A stretch of DNA of 64,000 bases, taken from the NCBI GenBank assembly GCA_964035545.1, contig OZ037768.1, forward strand, positions 12,184,741 to 12,248,740. The letters are read 5' to 3'. Source of the DNA: Bugula neritina. Its lineage: Eukaryota > Animalia > Bryozoa. A program made the position numbers and the translations under genes. Below the pieces are notes generated by a model, which was given only the letters and a program-made list of their open reading frames with translations, did not search any database and was not told where the DNA came from. Shown piece after piece: positions 1 through 12,700 of the stretch (position 1 is the first letter of the stretch; every line of letters begins with the position of its first letter).

Positions 1-566
1 TACCTGCAAAGTTTCTATGTTCTATGTTCCTTTCTGTGTTCCTATCGTGTCCTTTAATGATTCTGCAGTGGTTGATGATTATCAAGCATAGGTTTTGGTT
101 TTTTCTACAGTTTTTTTTGGGTTTTGAGTCTTTTTCACATAAGGTAGCTAGTTCATTGAACATTTTATAAATCTCTTGCGTTTCAACATCAATTGAATTA
201 CAAATTTCTTACAATTTGTCAATACAATTTTATCTAAATCTTATCTATATGTTTGAACTGATTAATAATCTGTTTGGTTATTTTAAGGTTCAATTCAGAA
301 ATTTTACTTTCTCTGCCAATACTGGAAAGTTTTAATTGACGGCGTGTTCGTATGCTTACTGCAGGTGAACCACTAGTACCAGCAATGTTTGATTTGTTAT
401 TGTCAAGTAAATCAGAAACTTCTTTAGTTGCACCCGAGGCTACTACCTGATTATTGCCCTTCGCAGGCTCTCCAGTTGGCACCACGTCATGCACACCAGT
501 AGAGTCGTTGGCCTCCAGCACCACCACAGCATCTCCAGGCCCCGACATGCCACCAGAAAGACCCAA
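1..566 (-). mobile_element. Decayed gag-like N-terminal region of a probable BEL/Pao-type LTR retrotransposon, running off the window start
   Basis: ORF 234-566 has an RTRRQLKLSSIGRE segment followed by helical sequence, similar to BEL/Pao gag N-termini. It continues with stops/frameshifts and lies downstream of the putative LTR at 1236-1515 on the same strand. No pol domains are visible. Confidence 0.4.
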
Positions 567-982
567 GCCGAGCGCTGGCCACGATACTACGTACGTTATG
601 AGTCAACAATGATAGATGGTTTACAGCTAATTGTGTTCAACCAAATTAAAAAGCTAATTAACCAAAATTAAAACCTAAGATTCTAAATATTGAGACAGGT
701 CAAAATATAAAAGCTCAATAAAGAACTAGACTAAGGGTGATCAATCTCAATACAAAATCTATCAATCTATATTCATGCACAAGTTATAAGCTGATAACCA
801 TTGGCTATGTATTGTCAATCGAGTGTAGTGTGAATGAGTACTTAGTTTACCAGTCAATGACAAACTGATTCAATGTCTGTAAACAATTACCAAATAATAT
901 TGTAAATGTGTTACTTATCAATCTGTTCGTTGCCTCTATTTGTTAGGTCTTGTGATTGAGTTGACTGTGGCGGTATATCCGT

Positions 983-1085
983 TGAGTTGGTTACTGGTGC
1001 AGCTCTTGGGATGCAATTCACTGTGGCTGTAAATCTTTTGAGTTGGTTACTGGTGCAGCTCTTGTGATGCAATTCACTATGGCTG
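983..1085. repeat. Two ~48-bp direct repeats in the putative LTR-element leader
   Basis: ttgagttggttactggtgcagctcttg(g/t)gatgcaattcact(g/a)tggctg at ~983 and ~1038. Confidence 0.85.
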
Positions 1086-1235
1086 GCTCTGTAATATCAC
1101 TGGCCTCACTTAGAGGAAGGTTTCACTGTAGAGTTTTTGTAGAAAAACTCTTAAAACTTCTCTTTGCTATTGTTACACTCATGGAACTGTAGGAAGTGAG
1201 GCAATTTCACTGGTTAATAGTATTGTATTGTACCA

Positions 1236-1515
1236 TGAAACCTGTGGTCTTTAATAAACAACCCCATGATGATACTTGTATAAATGTTGATATCTAAATT
1301 AATATGATTGCTGCTACACAAGGCTTACTAAACCAAACTGACCACTATAAAAATACCATCTACCTTGCTGACTCAAAACCGGTAGCATTGGCTGATTCGA
1401 TCAAGCCATTAATCAGCCCCCCGGTCCCAGAGACGCTACAGCGTTACCCAAAACCAACCCCCTCACTGGTGACAAACATAGGGCCAAAGAGTGGAGCCAT
1501 TAGGCTGGCTTAACA
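1236..1515 (-). mobile_element. Putative 5' LTR (~280 bp)
   Basis: The minus strand starts TGTTAAG at 1515, has ATTAAA near its end, and ends ...GGTTTCA at 1236, followed directly by TGGT (PBS-like start). It begins where LINE ORF1-like sequence stops. The second LTR and TSD are not in the window. Confidence 0.5.
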
Positions 1516-2531
1516 AGCAATATCTAAGTGCAACAAATGAGTTTTCTTTGCAACGGTATTGTTTTTCAGCATCAGATTTTTTGTATTCTCTAATCTGTTC
1601 TCGTAGAGCCCATTCATGGTTTCTTACTTGACACCTGTCCAATTTACAGAAAATATTTTTCTGCTTCAAGCCTGTGTTTACTCGTTTCACAAACTCCCAC
1701 TTTTTAGTCTCATTCTCAAATATGAGCGCTGTTGGTATGGTAACTGGTGTTATCTCTTGTTCATCTTCCTCTGCTTCCAGTCTTTTCTTGCAGCCTAGCC
1801 TGAAAGCCACCAGTAAGGACATCAATTTCTTGAAACACTCTTGTTTCAAAAAGTTGTTCACTTAATTTATGACTTGAGTCCCTTCTTCGGCAATGCCATA
1901 TAAAATTGCATTCAGTTTTTTGTGATTCTGTTATATTCATTTGTTGTTGTCTCTGAATCAATTTTTCTGCATTCTCATTAAATTCAGCTGCAATTTTTAT
2001 ATGAATTTTGTTCTCTTCTAGTTGTTTAGAGTTTTCTGTCCTAATCGCTTTGAGTTCTAAGATTTGGTTATTGCTTAATTTTAGCGCAGCCGCATATGTC
2101 TGTTGCATTTTAGTTATTGATCTTTCAATCACATCTAACTTGTTCATGGTAGTCTTGTGTTAAAGACTTAGTACAGTGTCTGATGAGCTATCTTCAATAT
2201 CGATCCCATCATCAACCCGAGAGATGCACTGGTCGCAGTACCTTCGTACACCATGTTTTCCCAGTTTTTTTATGTTGTTAACATCAGTATTTTGTAGGTC
2301 TTGGCATATACTGTGATACCATATCTTACACCTATCACATCTGATTCAGTTAGTTCTATAGGTCTTAGTTTTTCCTTGACCAAAGGTTACTGTACAATCA
2401 ATCTCCTTACATTTGCCACAGAAGATCTTGTTTTTGTCCTCTTCTTCGCCAACTCGGCTACTATCACTATGAGTATGATTATTATTTATACTTTGAGAGA
2501 AAGATGATTGAGAACTTGGTAGGGGAACCAT
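1516..2531 (-). mobile_element. Degenerate non-LTR retrotransposon ORF1 (CR1/L2-type: PHD finger, coiled coil, C-terminal domain)
   Basis: Reading through stops gives CGKC...(W>*)IRCDRCKIWYHSIC...YCDQC (C4HC3 PHD), then a coiled coil (ORF 1761-2147). After a frameshift it reads AFRLG...PTALIF...IFCKLD...LREQIRE (ORF 1463-1861). No introns, several disablements. Confidence 0.7.
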
Positions 2532-2659
2532 TTCAACTATTTAACTTTAAAACAAAAATGCCCCTAGAACACTGTTTTGAAGCAATAACTACATTGTAAT
2601 TCTATGAATTGTACAAAATAAGTTTTCTAAAGAAGTTTAAATTTTCACGGCCGCTATGT

Positions 2660-2675
2660 TTAACCGGAAGTCCTG
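2660..2675 (+). promoter_or_regulatory. ETS-type motif (ACCGGAAGT) in the probable DAGLB promoter
   Basis: aaccggaagt in a CpG-containing patch ~1 kb upstream of the ATG. A GTGAGT donor at ~2731 and an acceptor just before the ATG suggest non-coding 5' exon(s). Confidence 0.4.
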
Positions 2676-3706
2676 ATCATGGTGAAAATTATGGTCTTAA
2701 CTAAGACCCGTAAAAGTAAATCTAATACTTGTGAGTTGTGGGCCCAGGGGCAGGATTCATTATTTATAACTTGATATACGACAAGTATAACTAACCATAA
2801 TACTGATACAGTGATATTTATAAATCATAAGCCTTGTCAATTTCCCTTGAGTTGTCTATGAAAAAATGACTCTTTGATGATAATTTAATTGATAAAAAAT
2901 AATAATATTTAAAAGAAAATATCTAAGCTCAACAGCTTTTGTTGGCTATCATCAACATGTATAGCACAAAAAATTGTTAGTCCAACATTGCATACGGTGC
3001 AAAATCAAATGTTGTGATTTTTAATGTTTTCTTCTGGGGATTTGAAAGAAAGATAGTATTAATACTTTAGAAATTATCTAAATAGTTAATAAAATAAAAA
3101 ACATGTTTAGAGGAAAATTCCTAAATCAAAGCTCAAAAGGTGTGGGCAAGCTATTGCAGATCAAAAAGCAGGAGTAATGAAGTGCAGGGAATAAACAAAA
3201 AGGACTCAAACTTTCAACACCCAACAAGGCGTTGCAATTATACATGTACAAACGTATCTAGATTCTAATGTAAACTGAAATCATCTTTATTGCAAAATTA
3301 ACTATATAGAGAAAAATGTTTGAGAACGTCTACATAATTGGACCACAGTCTAGAAAATTAAAGTTGTAAACTCATTAAAACATGTTAAGCCTGTATGTCT
3401 TTCTGATCATTAACGCATTTTATTTTGTAGGCTTGACCAAAATCTCACAGAAATGTACCAAATATTGTCCAATTGTTTCAAAGCTTTAAATCTGTTGATA
3501 TAAAAATGTAAGTAAAAAATTATGTTTTGTCAATATTTTGCTACACGTGTATATTATAAATCATGTTATATCTAGGCTGCATTCAGGCGTTGAGAATGCT
3601 ATGCTGTTACCAGATGCCTAATAACTATAAAAGACTAATTGTTAATGAATCAAGCATTTTCAGAATATTTGACCTATTTATTGTAATTTTTAGAAATAAT
3701 TAAATC

Positions 3707-6700
3707 ATGCCAGCTCTTACAGCTTTTAAGAGGCAATGGAATATTGGCAGCGATGATTTTGTGTTCCCTGGAATCGCTATGCTAATAATACGAGGCATTT
3801 GGTAAGGTTACTAAACTTCAAGGGCTGATAGAGTGTTTAATGCAGCGTTACATATTTTGTCTACTAATGTGATGCACTTCCTTAAAGAAGTTTTTTTAGG
3901 TTTGATGAAGCTCAGCTGTTATTTTATAGATTTGATAGCAGTTACGGTTGGTTTATGAAAATTTAAGTAAACTTAGATCTGTAATGTTTTGTAAATTATT
4001 TCTAATTTTTGAAACATAAAAAGTTATCACAAATTAGTTTGAGATTTTTTAAGCTAACGTTTAATGTCTTTAGGATTTTTTAACAAAGCCTAGGAACAAA
4101 TGTAAAGAGCTAAAATTTGAGTCAAGATATAAATATCTGTCTAAACTACACAACAACATAATGTTTCTCATAGCTAAAGCATTTTGAAGAGGACTAAAGC
4201 ATTAGAACAGTTTCTCATAATATTTGAACTTAACTAAATGAGGAAGAGTGTTGGCAATCACATTAGAATACTAAGTCGAAAAAATTGCAGTGATAGTCAC
4301 GTTTTATTTCTTTGGAGCAAGTTCAAATCTCTGTTTTATGGTGCATTTGTATACTGACCTGTTATACGAAATTTGTGAAGCTAGATTTATTTTCAGCTGG
4401 AATGATTCAAGTATATATTTTAGGTTGCTTGTGCTTGTTCTTGTTTATCTTGCTCATCATCAGCATTTCAACTCTTGTAAAGATGGTCAAGTTTTGAATG
4501 CATTCTTCTTTGGAATGATTGGGTTGCTGGCTTCAAAAGTGGTTGTCAACATTTGCTTAATTTATCACAGCTCAAAGGTGAGTCTCTGTCTTGTTTTTGT
4601 TATACCAATTATTATATTTGGTAATCGGCAATATCTTGTTGATTTTTGAAATAAAGAGTCCTATCCTGTGAATTTAAACAATATTTTAGGGAAATATTGC
4701 AGAATGCAGTTTTAGAAGACATGTGGCTCAAGTGTTGTATGTGAAGCTGGCACTGTTTATGATGGAAGTTGTATGGCTGGTTATGGGTACATATTGGGCT
4801 ACATTTGAATACAAGAATTGCGACTTCATTATAGTTGGTACTGTAAGGGCAATGGTTTCACTGGCCTGGATTGGTGTGTTCGTCTTCACAATAATGTTTA
4901 GTAAGTAATATGCTTCTCTATTCCGCCATGTATATACTTGGTTAACTGTATATGCATGCTCGTCTACTCTTGTAATCTGTTAGTATTAATATTAGCTAAG
5001 CTCTTATATTTTACAAGTTGCTTATTTTGTTTGTATTTCAAACAATGTAATATAACATTATTTTATGATACCATTATATAATATTGCTGTCCTTGAAATT
5101 TTGAAAATATTTGTGCTCTTTCAACTGTTTATACCTAGTTGCTTTTCAAAAGTATTTGAAGTCTATAAGGTTTGATTAGTTTTAATTAAATTGCAACACT
5201 ATTGTGGTGACTGGTGAAACATATCATGTGTGTTTTTTATTGTGTTTACTTTGAATAGTTTTCCTGTTCAGTCCATTGGGCAACGATAGTTCGTCTGTGG
5301 ATGACGCGTCTAACATATGGAGAAGAAGATGTCGCCTCATTTGCTGTTCTTTCAGGGCTGACGACTCCCTCACATCAGATGCTTATTCTGATATTGCCAA
5401 ACTCGTGTCTGTGTACTTTCAGGTGAAACAAGTAATAGTGAAACATCTATGGCTTAGTGAATATTGGTGTTTGCCTCATCTATTTTAGGTTTAATTTTCA
5501 TTGAGAGTAAAAAGTGTATCAAAAGATGTTTTGGCTCATGGTTGCTCTTGCCATGTTTTACAAGCATCAGGAATTTTCATAATTTGGAATATAAATTATT
5601 TCACAGTTTTTTACAGCACAGCTACACTTGTAATTCTAAGGATAAGTTTTGTGCATAATTCTACACATGGGTCATTTTACTTAATTTAGTACACACTGGA
5701 TATCTTCAGTTTTTAGCTATTTTTCACAATTTAACTACTATTGGACATGGGTTTTTTGGCCAAAACTAGTAAAACACCAATAAATACACCTAAATAATCA
5801 AAGTTCTTTTTAATTTTGCTTCATTTCCCATTTTTTTCCTAATTATTCAGCTACTTTTGGTTGCGGACCATTATGGTTTTTTTGTAATGGTCCACACTCC
5901 TAATAAGCTAAATATATAAGAAAAAACATGGGAAATCAAGCAAAATTAAGGAGAACCTTAATTGTTTCGGTGTATTTATTTGTGCTTTACTAGTTTTGGG
6001 CAAAAAGCCATGCTCATTACCAGCTAAATTGTGAAAAATAGCTAAAAACTGAAGATATCCAGTGTGTACTAAATTAAGTAAAATGATCCACATTGATTCA
6101 ACTGAACCTTGTACATTAGTGCAGCTAGCTTTTACATGATTCTTATCATTTCACAGTTGAGTAAAGTATAATTTGTTAATTGCCTGTGTTGATAAGTTCA
6201 CTGATGTTGTTCTCCCATTTACTTTGTATTTTATTATGATGTTTAAATCTATTGGAATCTACCCGCTAGTTCTTCAAGGTTTCTTGACCTCATCTTCTGC
6301 TCTATTGAAATGCAGTACCATTACAGGGTTTGGATCTGGTGCCATCAGACATTGCAGCTGGATTGCTGCTAGTTGGTCGCCAACAGAAATCAAGTTATGA
6401 TAATATGGCTACATCCAGCAGTCATCAGTTGTATGGAGATAGACACAACGTACTGGGTAAGTGGAGCAGTTGAATATAAAGAAAGTATTGTTGTAGTAGT
6501 TAATATAATTTGAGAATAATAAATTGTTGGTATTTACTAGATCAGGTTGATAAATGTTTTGTTTGTGAATCTGTAAAGTAACAATGGTAATTGATCAGCA
6601 TTATTAATTTGTATTTTCTCTAAATACACTAAATGCACTGTGTCATGAAATATTTCTATTGCCAGGTATAACTGAGTCACCAGGTTCAACGCCCTTCCAG

Positions 6701-9700
6701 GCAGCCCCATGGATGACAGTACAGAAAGCTTGCAGCGTTATGAAATTTGCTCTGGCAGCTTATGGTTGGCCATTTTATTCCTATAGCCACCTGCCCTTTG
6801 GTTGCTGTGTGTTATGTTGCACGTCACCAAGGTTAGATTTTACATTACTATTCTCACTATTTGTGAGGGCTGTTTACTAAGACTGTACAGTGGAAGCTGG
6901 TAGCATGTATGTTGATGACAGTGTTTTCTGGATTTCTTGTATGACATGTTGTTGGTGTAAAGATGGGTATTACTATAAGCCTGTATATAGATGAAATAAA
7001 AACTCTATTTCGTTCCAAATGTCAAGTATTTGCAAATTTGATGCCTTAGAAAACCATCATAGTGCGTTTCTGAAAAAATTATATGTGCAAAACAAAGTGC
7101 ATTGACTTGGAGATGGAATTATTGCCACCACTATTCTACCCTTCTTGCTTATCTCTAGACAATAAACTGTCCTTGATTCTTCTTAAAAGTTATTCTTTTA
7201 TAAACTAATAAATGCATGCAGGGACATTGCTAATGATTGCAGCTAAACATGTTATATTAGTTCAGCTGGTAGTATCAAGTTTACTCTAAAATAGCGAGTA
7301 TCTGTAGAGCTTTAAATATTTTCCAGGGAAAAAAAGCCTTAAAAGAATAATAATTGAAAATGTAGTAATCTATATTCTAGTTATAATTTAGGGGTTTGAC
7401 TAACAATAGTATAGCATAAAATCTGTGTTAATAGTCTTGTTTCTACAATATTTCATATGTTTTTGAAGTTAAAACTTTATCTTTGGTATTTTATAGATGT
7501 ATTATTAGTATATAGTTTTAATATCAATTCTAATGCTTTTATGTTAAGCATAACAATTAGGTAAGCTCTATCTGTATACCCTAATTTGACACTGTGGTTT
7601 TGAAAGTATGCAGTGGGCTTATATATTATATTTGATGAATTGATCATACAGAGTATCTCTGAGTGAAGATCAGCTGGAAGGGGCTGACTGTTGCAGTTGT
7701 AATCTAGTCAGCATAGAGAAGCATATGGATGAACACAAGTCTTCATGTGACATTCACTATGTGTCTCTCACAAATCAGGTATAACTCTTTCTAGATCAAC
7801 TTGCTAATTTACTAAAAATGCATTAACTTTTTTTTGAGTTTGTTGCATCAATAAAGTTTTTATTTTTAATTTTGAATACAAAAAATTTCAACTTTCGGTC
7901 AATTGTGGCTTATCTTTATAAATTGGGTTACAAGCAGAAAAAAACATTTCTTTCATTTATTCTAAGTTTGTAATCATGTATATAATATATATGTGTATTT
8001 CTACTGTATTTTCCTCCACTGTTTTTATTCTCTATATTAAGTTTTATTGTGTATGGTGCATTGATCTAATTTGTTTTAAATCTATTTAATTTTAGTTATT
8101 TATAAATCCATTCTCTATATTTCTGGATCATGATTTGCGAGCCGTGATTATAGCTATACGGGGTACATTGTCACCAAAGGTAATCTACATTATATGTGCA
8201 TGCGTTTATGTTTAATTTATTATTGCAAATATTTTTTATAAATAATATATCAGACAAAAGTTGATTACGTTATCGCTTTTTTGTTAATTTGTTACGTACA
8301 ACTATCTCTTGTAGTAACTAGACTCAATACTAACCTCAAAGTTGCATTATTTCTGTATTGTAGGATGCCATCGTTGATTTGACTGCTTTTGCTGATATCA
8401 TACATGAAAGTTTTCCTAAATCGTATAAAGCTCATAAAGGAATGATAAAATCTGCTCAAAATCTGTTAGAACGATTAAAAAAAGACAATCTTTTAGGCCG
8501 TGCTTTCAATAATGAGGTGAGACAAAGATTTAAATGTCGGAATACCCAAGGAGTACACAGTTAAGATGTTACTGTGCCATTTTATTTCATATATGAACAA
8601 ATTTTTTAAGTATTGTAGATTTTTTAGATTTGTGTACTCTTTAATATATTATTTGTAGCAAAAAGGTTAAGCAACATATGCGTTTATATTACTTCTAATG
8701 GATGTATGTTGTGAGTAACCTAGTAAATTTGTGTTACACTATCCCCACTCTTTTACAGCATGCCAACTATGATTTAATAGTGTGTGGACATAGTCTAGGA
8801 GGTGGTGTTGCTGCTATATTGTCTATGCTACTGAGACCAGACTATCCTAATGTTCAGTGTATATCTTTCTCACCTCCTGGTGGCTTGCTCAGGTACCTAT
8901 ATTAGTGCGTAAATGGTGTGCTAAAAGTTACCTAATTAGTATTCTAGTTCCATAAGGAATATCCTTGATTAGTGTGTTGTTAGTCTTGTAAGTGTGGTGA
9001 GGGGAGGGGTAATGATGAAGTAACTCTGGATGGATTTATAATAAAGTGTTAGTTTTATTTACTGTAATTATTATGTACGCGGCAGAGTAGTCATACATTT
9101 CTCTACATCACATTTGAAACACAACTCCTTATTAGTATGACCCTCTGTGGAGTTGTCTTACTATTAGTTTGAGTTTCCATCTCTTTGAAACATATTTGGT
9201 AAATTGCTGACCAGGCTTGTGTTGAAGAGGTTTTGTTTGTGATATATTGTTTTAGTGAGGAGGCATACAAGGCATCAATGGAATATACAATGTCTGTAAT
9301 ACTTGGGGATGATTTGGTGCCTAGACTCTCTATACAAACTATGCAAGACTTGAAAGTAGATGTGATGACAGCACTCAATGACTGCCCTTATCCTAAGGTG
9401 AGATTATATATAGTGTTTGTTGATTAACATAGCTCAGCCCAAGTGGAAAACCTTTGGATTCCTCGATTCAGTTGTAGTTTGCACACATACATACAGGCAG
9501 ACCCTTTCTCTCTTGATTTCAATTAACACACATGTTTTTATAGTTCACCACCCACTAAAAGAGCTCAATGCAGGGCAGAGCAAAGTGAATAAAAAGTAGA
9601 GTATGATAAAATTTGATTAAAACATTTTATTACTAATAGTTTAATGTGCTCAACACGCAATTATCATCATCATATATAACATGAATAATGAAATTATCTT

Positions 9701-12700
9701 TTCTACATCTAAGTTTAAACTTCTGAACAAATTTTCTTTGCATTTGTTTTTATAAAATAAACGGAGTCACTGTTTGTTGTGTTTATTGATTCCAAGTAGT
9801 GAGTGTCTTCACTTTACAGTTCCATAATAACATCTTAATGTCATGTACTCATTCCATGACTACTTCCCTCAGCAGACTAAGTTTGATGTTATAAGACGTG
9901 TAAGTTGACACTAGTGTTGCTCATTCTTGCCAGAATATGACTCATGGCCTCATGACATGTACTCTGAACTATGAGCCCATCTCTTGTGCTCTTATCATAA
10001 TTTTCTTCAGCATAATATGTTTTTTGCTAATCTATTGTTTAATTAGAAAAAGGTCAACGGAGCATTTCTCTATGCTGCATTTTGTAACCAAACTTGCAAG
10101 TTTACTTTTTTGATATAAAGGATGGCATGTTTTTATCCCAAATACTTTTGGATCAAGGGTTTAAAGTTGTTTTAATTTACTAAAGCAAAAAAGCAATTTT
10201 TTACACAGTGAAATTTTATTTTGACACCCTCTGCTCGAACCTGCTCCCACCTGACCACCAACGTAGACAGCTTGTCTGTTGCACAGTAACCATACTATGT
10301 GTATAAAACTAGTACTAAAGCAGGCTGGTGTTTCTCGATAAAGGCAACATTTCAAATGCAGAAGTGTAAAAAGTAAATTCAAAATGAGGATAATTTACAC
10401 TTGTTGTATAACTTCTTGGCAGTCTATTCCCATGCTCTTCCTCAAAATCAACAGTTGAAAAATAATCTACAGAATTACAGTTTTTAGTCTGTTGTCAGAA
10501 AGTAGGATTTATATAACTTATGAGACCATCTTCAGTATTTCCTTGTTTACTGGGGGTTCCCCTTTCATTGTTTAGTGCTTTATGCTAACACGTTTCAGCC
10601 ATTACTGGCACCTCAGTATTAGTGAACTTCAGTCAAGACACAATACTATCTGCATGGCGCTATGTTCAAATGAGTTGCTAACTTTTTGAGACTACTAACT
10701 ACTAACCAGCATGTGTTGTTTAGATTTTCTGTTGAGATAAAAAATTAATATTATATGATATGTAAATTATATGTATAATATCCTTGCCTGTGCCACCTAT
10801 AGATATGATGTCGTGTTATATATTTTAGTAAATTGCCATGTTTGCATCTGAGTCCAACATTGTAGATAAAGCAATTCCACTTAGTTGTTACCATTATATA
10901 AAAGTCCAACATGTAAAATTATAATATCTTTTTTCCAAAACTAATAGTTTTAGCCTGGGTGGAAAATGTGTTATTCTAGGCTGTTGAAGTATGTTAAATT
11001 CCATAAATAGTTTGGCAAGTTCTATAAATGGAAAGTTTAGTGGAATTAAAGCTAAAATTTACAAGACAACATGTCCATTAGATTGGGGATTCTCTTATAT
11101 ATTTTTGTAATTGCAAAAACAGATGCTAGCTGGCTTGAAATATATATGTCTAAATTTTTCTTTGATTCCTATATATTTTTCCCTTACAGATTTAATTATT
11201 GTACCAACAAGTTACACCAAGAGTGTTTGATACACTAACTAACATTTTTTATTTTATAATTAAAAATATGTCCTATCTTCAACCATATATGGGTTAATCT
11301 AATAGCGATAGCTTGAAATCTTAAATTTAATTTGCTATATAACGGTGAGAAAGCTATCTTAAGTATAACTACATTTAAACAGCTATTAAAATTTTATCAA
11401 AGCTTTTCTAAATTTTAATTACACTTTTTAATTGTTTGCTGGTAATGTGCCAATAGGAAAAACATGCTGCAAGTCTTTTCTAAGCTCAAAATTTTTTAGT
11501 ATATTATGTGTTCCACATTTTATAGACCTGTACCTTGAATAAGATTGGTGTTGTTAAATTTTCTTTTTCTGTCAGGCAAGACAGCTAATAACTAGTAAAT
11601 AACAAAATAAAGATAATATCTCTATTGTGTTATATAATTTTCTAGTCAACATGCTACTACTCTTAGAGAGATTGTTTCATGCATATTTGAATAGACAGTT
11701 ATATAGGCTTATAGGCATTTGTTGTTATTCATAAGCTTGTAAAATGTTGTAGCTTTGTAAAACTGGTTAAGATCTGCAGCTCAGTATAGATAAGGTGAGC
11801 TGCACATGTGAATATATTGTACTTACAATTCACCTCATCAACACAGTAACATCATCTTCGATTTTAGATTTTATTTACAATATGTAAAATATTAAACAAC
11901 ACTATATATTTGTACTCTTGGTTGTTTTTCATTTGCACTGTAAGTTGTAATAGTCTCGCTGTAAAATTCCTCCACTAGTTTGCAAGTCTTGAGTTGAAAG
12001 TACATAGATATGTATTGTAGAAGTATAGCCTATGGAGCCTTTAGTATTTCTGTTCCTGTAAATAATTCATCTGAAAGTTTCTTTCTTTTCATTCTTTTAT
12101 CTTTGGATGGAAAATAAACATTAAATCCAGGTTACTTTATTACTAGTTTATATTTGCCTTGAGACTTGTCAGCAATTCCTTCAACTGCAGTATTGTCCTT
12201 TCATTCTGTACCTTCTCATCTATGAATGTCCAGCCAAACATAGCAAATACTATAGTTAGTATAAGACTGTACAATACTAAGATATACGCCAAGTTCCTAT
12301 ATATGCTCAGCTTTTTCTGTTGTATATGGAATTCTGTACCCGAATTCTCCATGTCCATCAGCAGTTTCTTTTCAGAGACAGCCATGCTGTACTTGTATCT
12401 GAATGCAATGCTGTCCAAATCTAAAATGACACGATGTTTCATTATCTAGTATGTTATGCCTACTTCATCTGTCACAACAAGATCTGCCTGCCCTTTGCTC
12501 CATAGTCTATAACAATAGAGCAATGCTGAACCCCCCCCCCCCCTTTACTGATTAGACTGGCAGAGGCTATAGTTGAGAATAAACCAATCATTTCTTTTGT
12601 TTCTACCTCTACTGTAGTTTATAGCTTCCCCATTCCAATGCTTGTGAATTTATGCACCTATACAAGTACAAAGATAGTCAACCTTTGTTTTTGCAAATTA

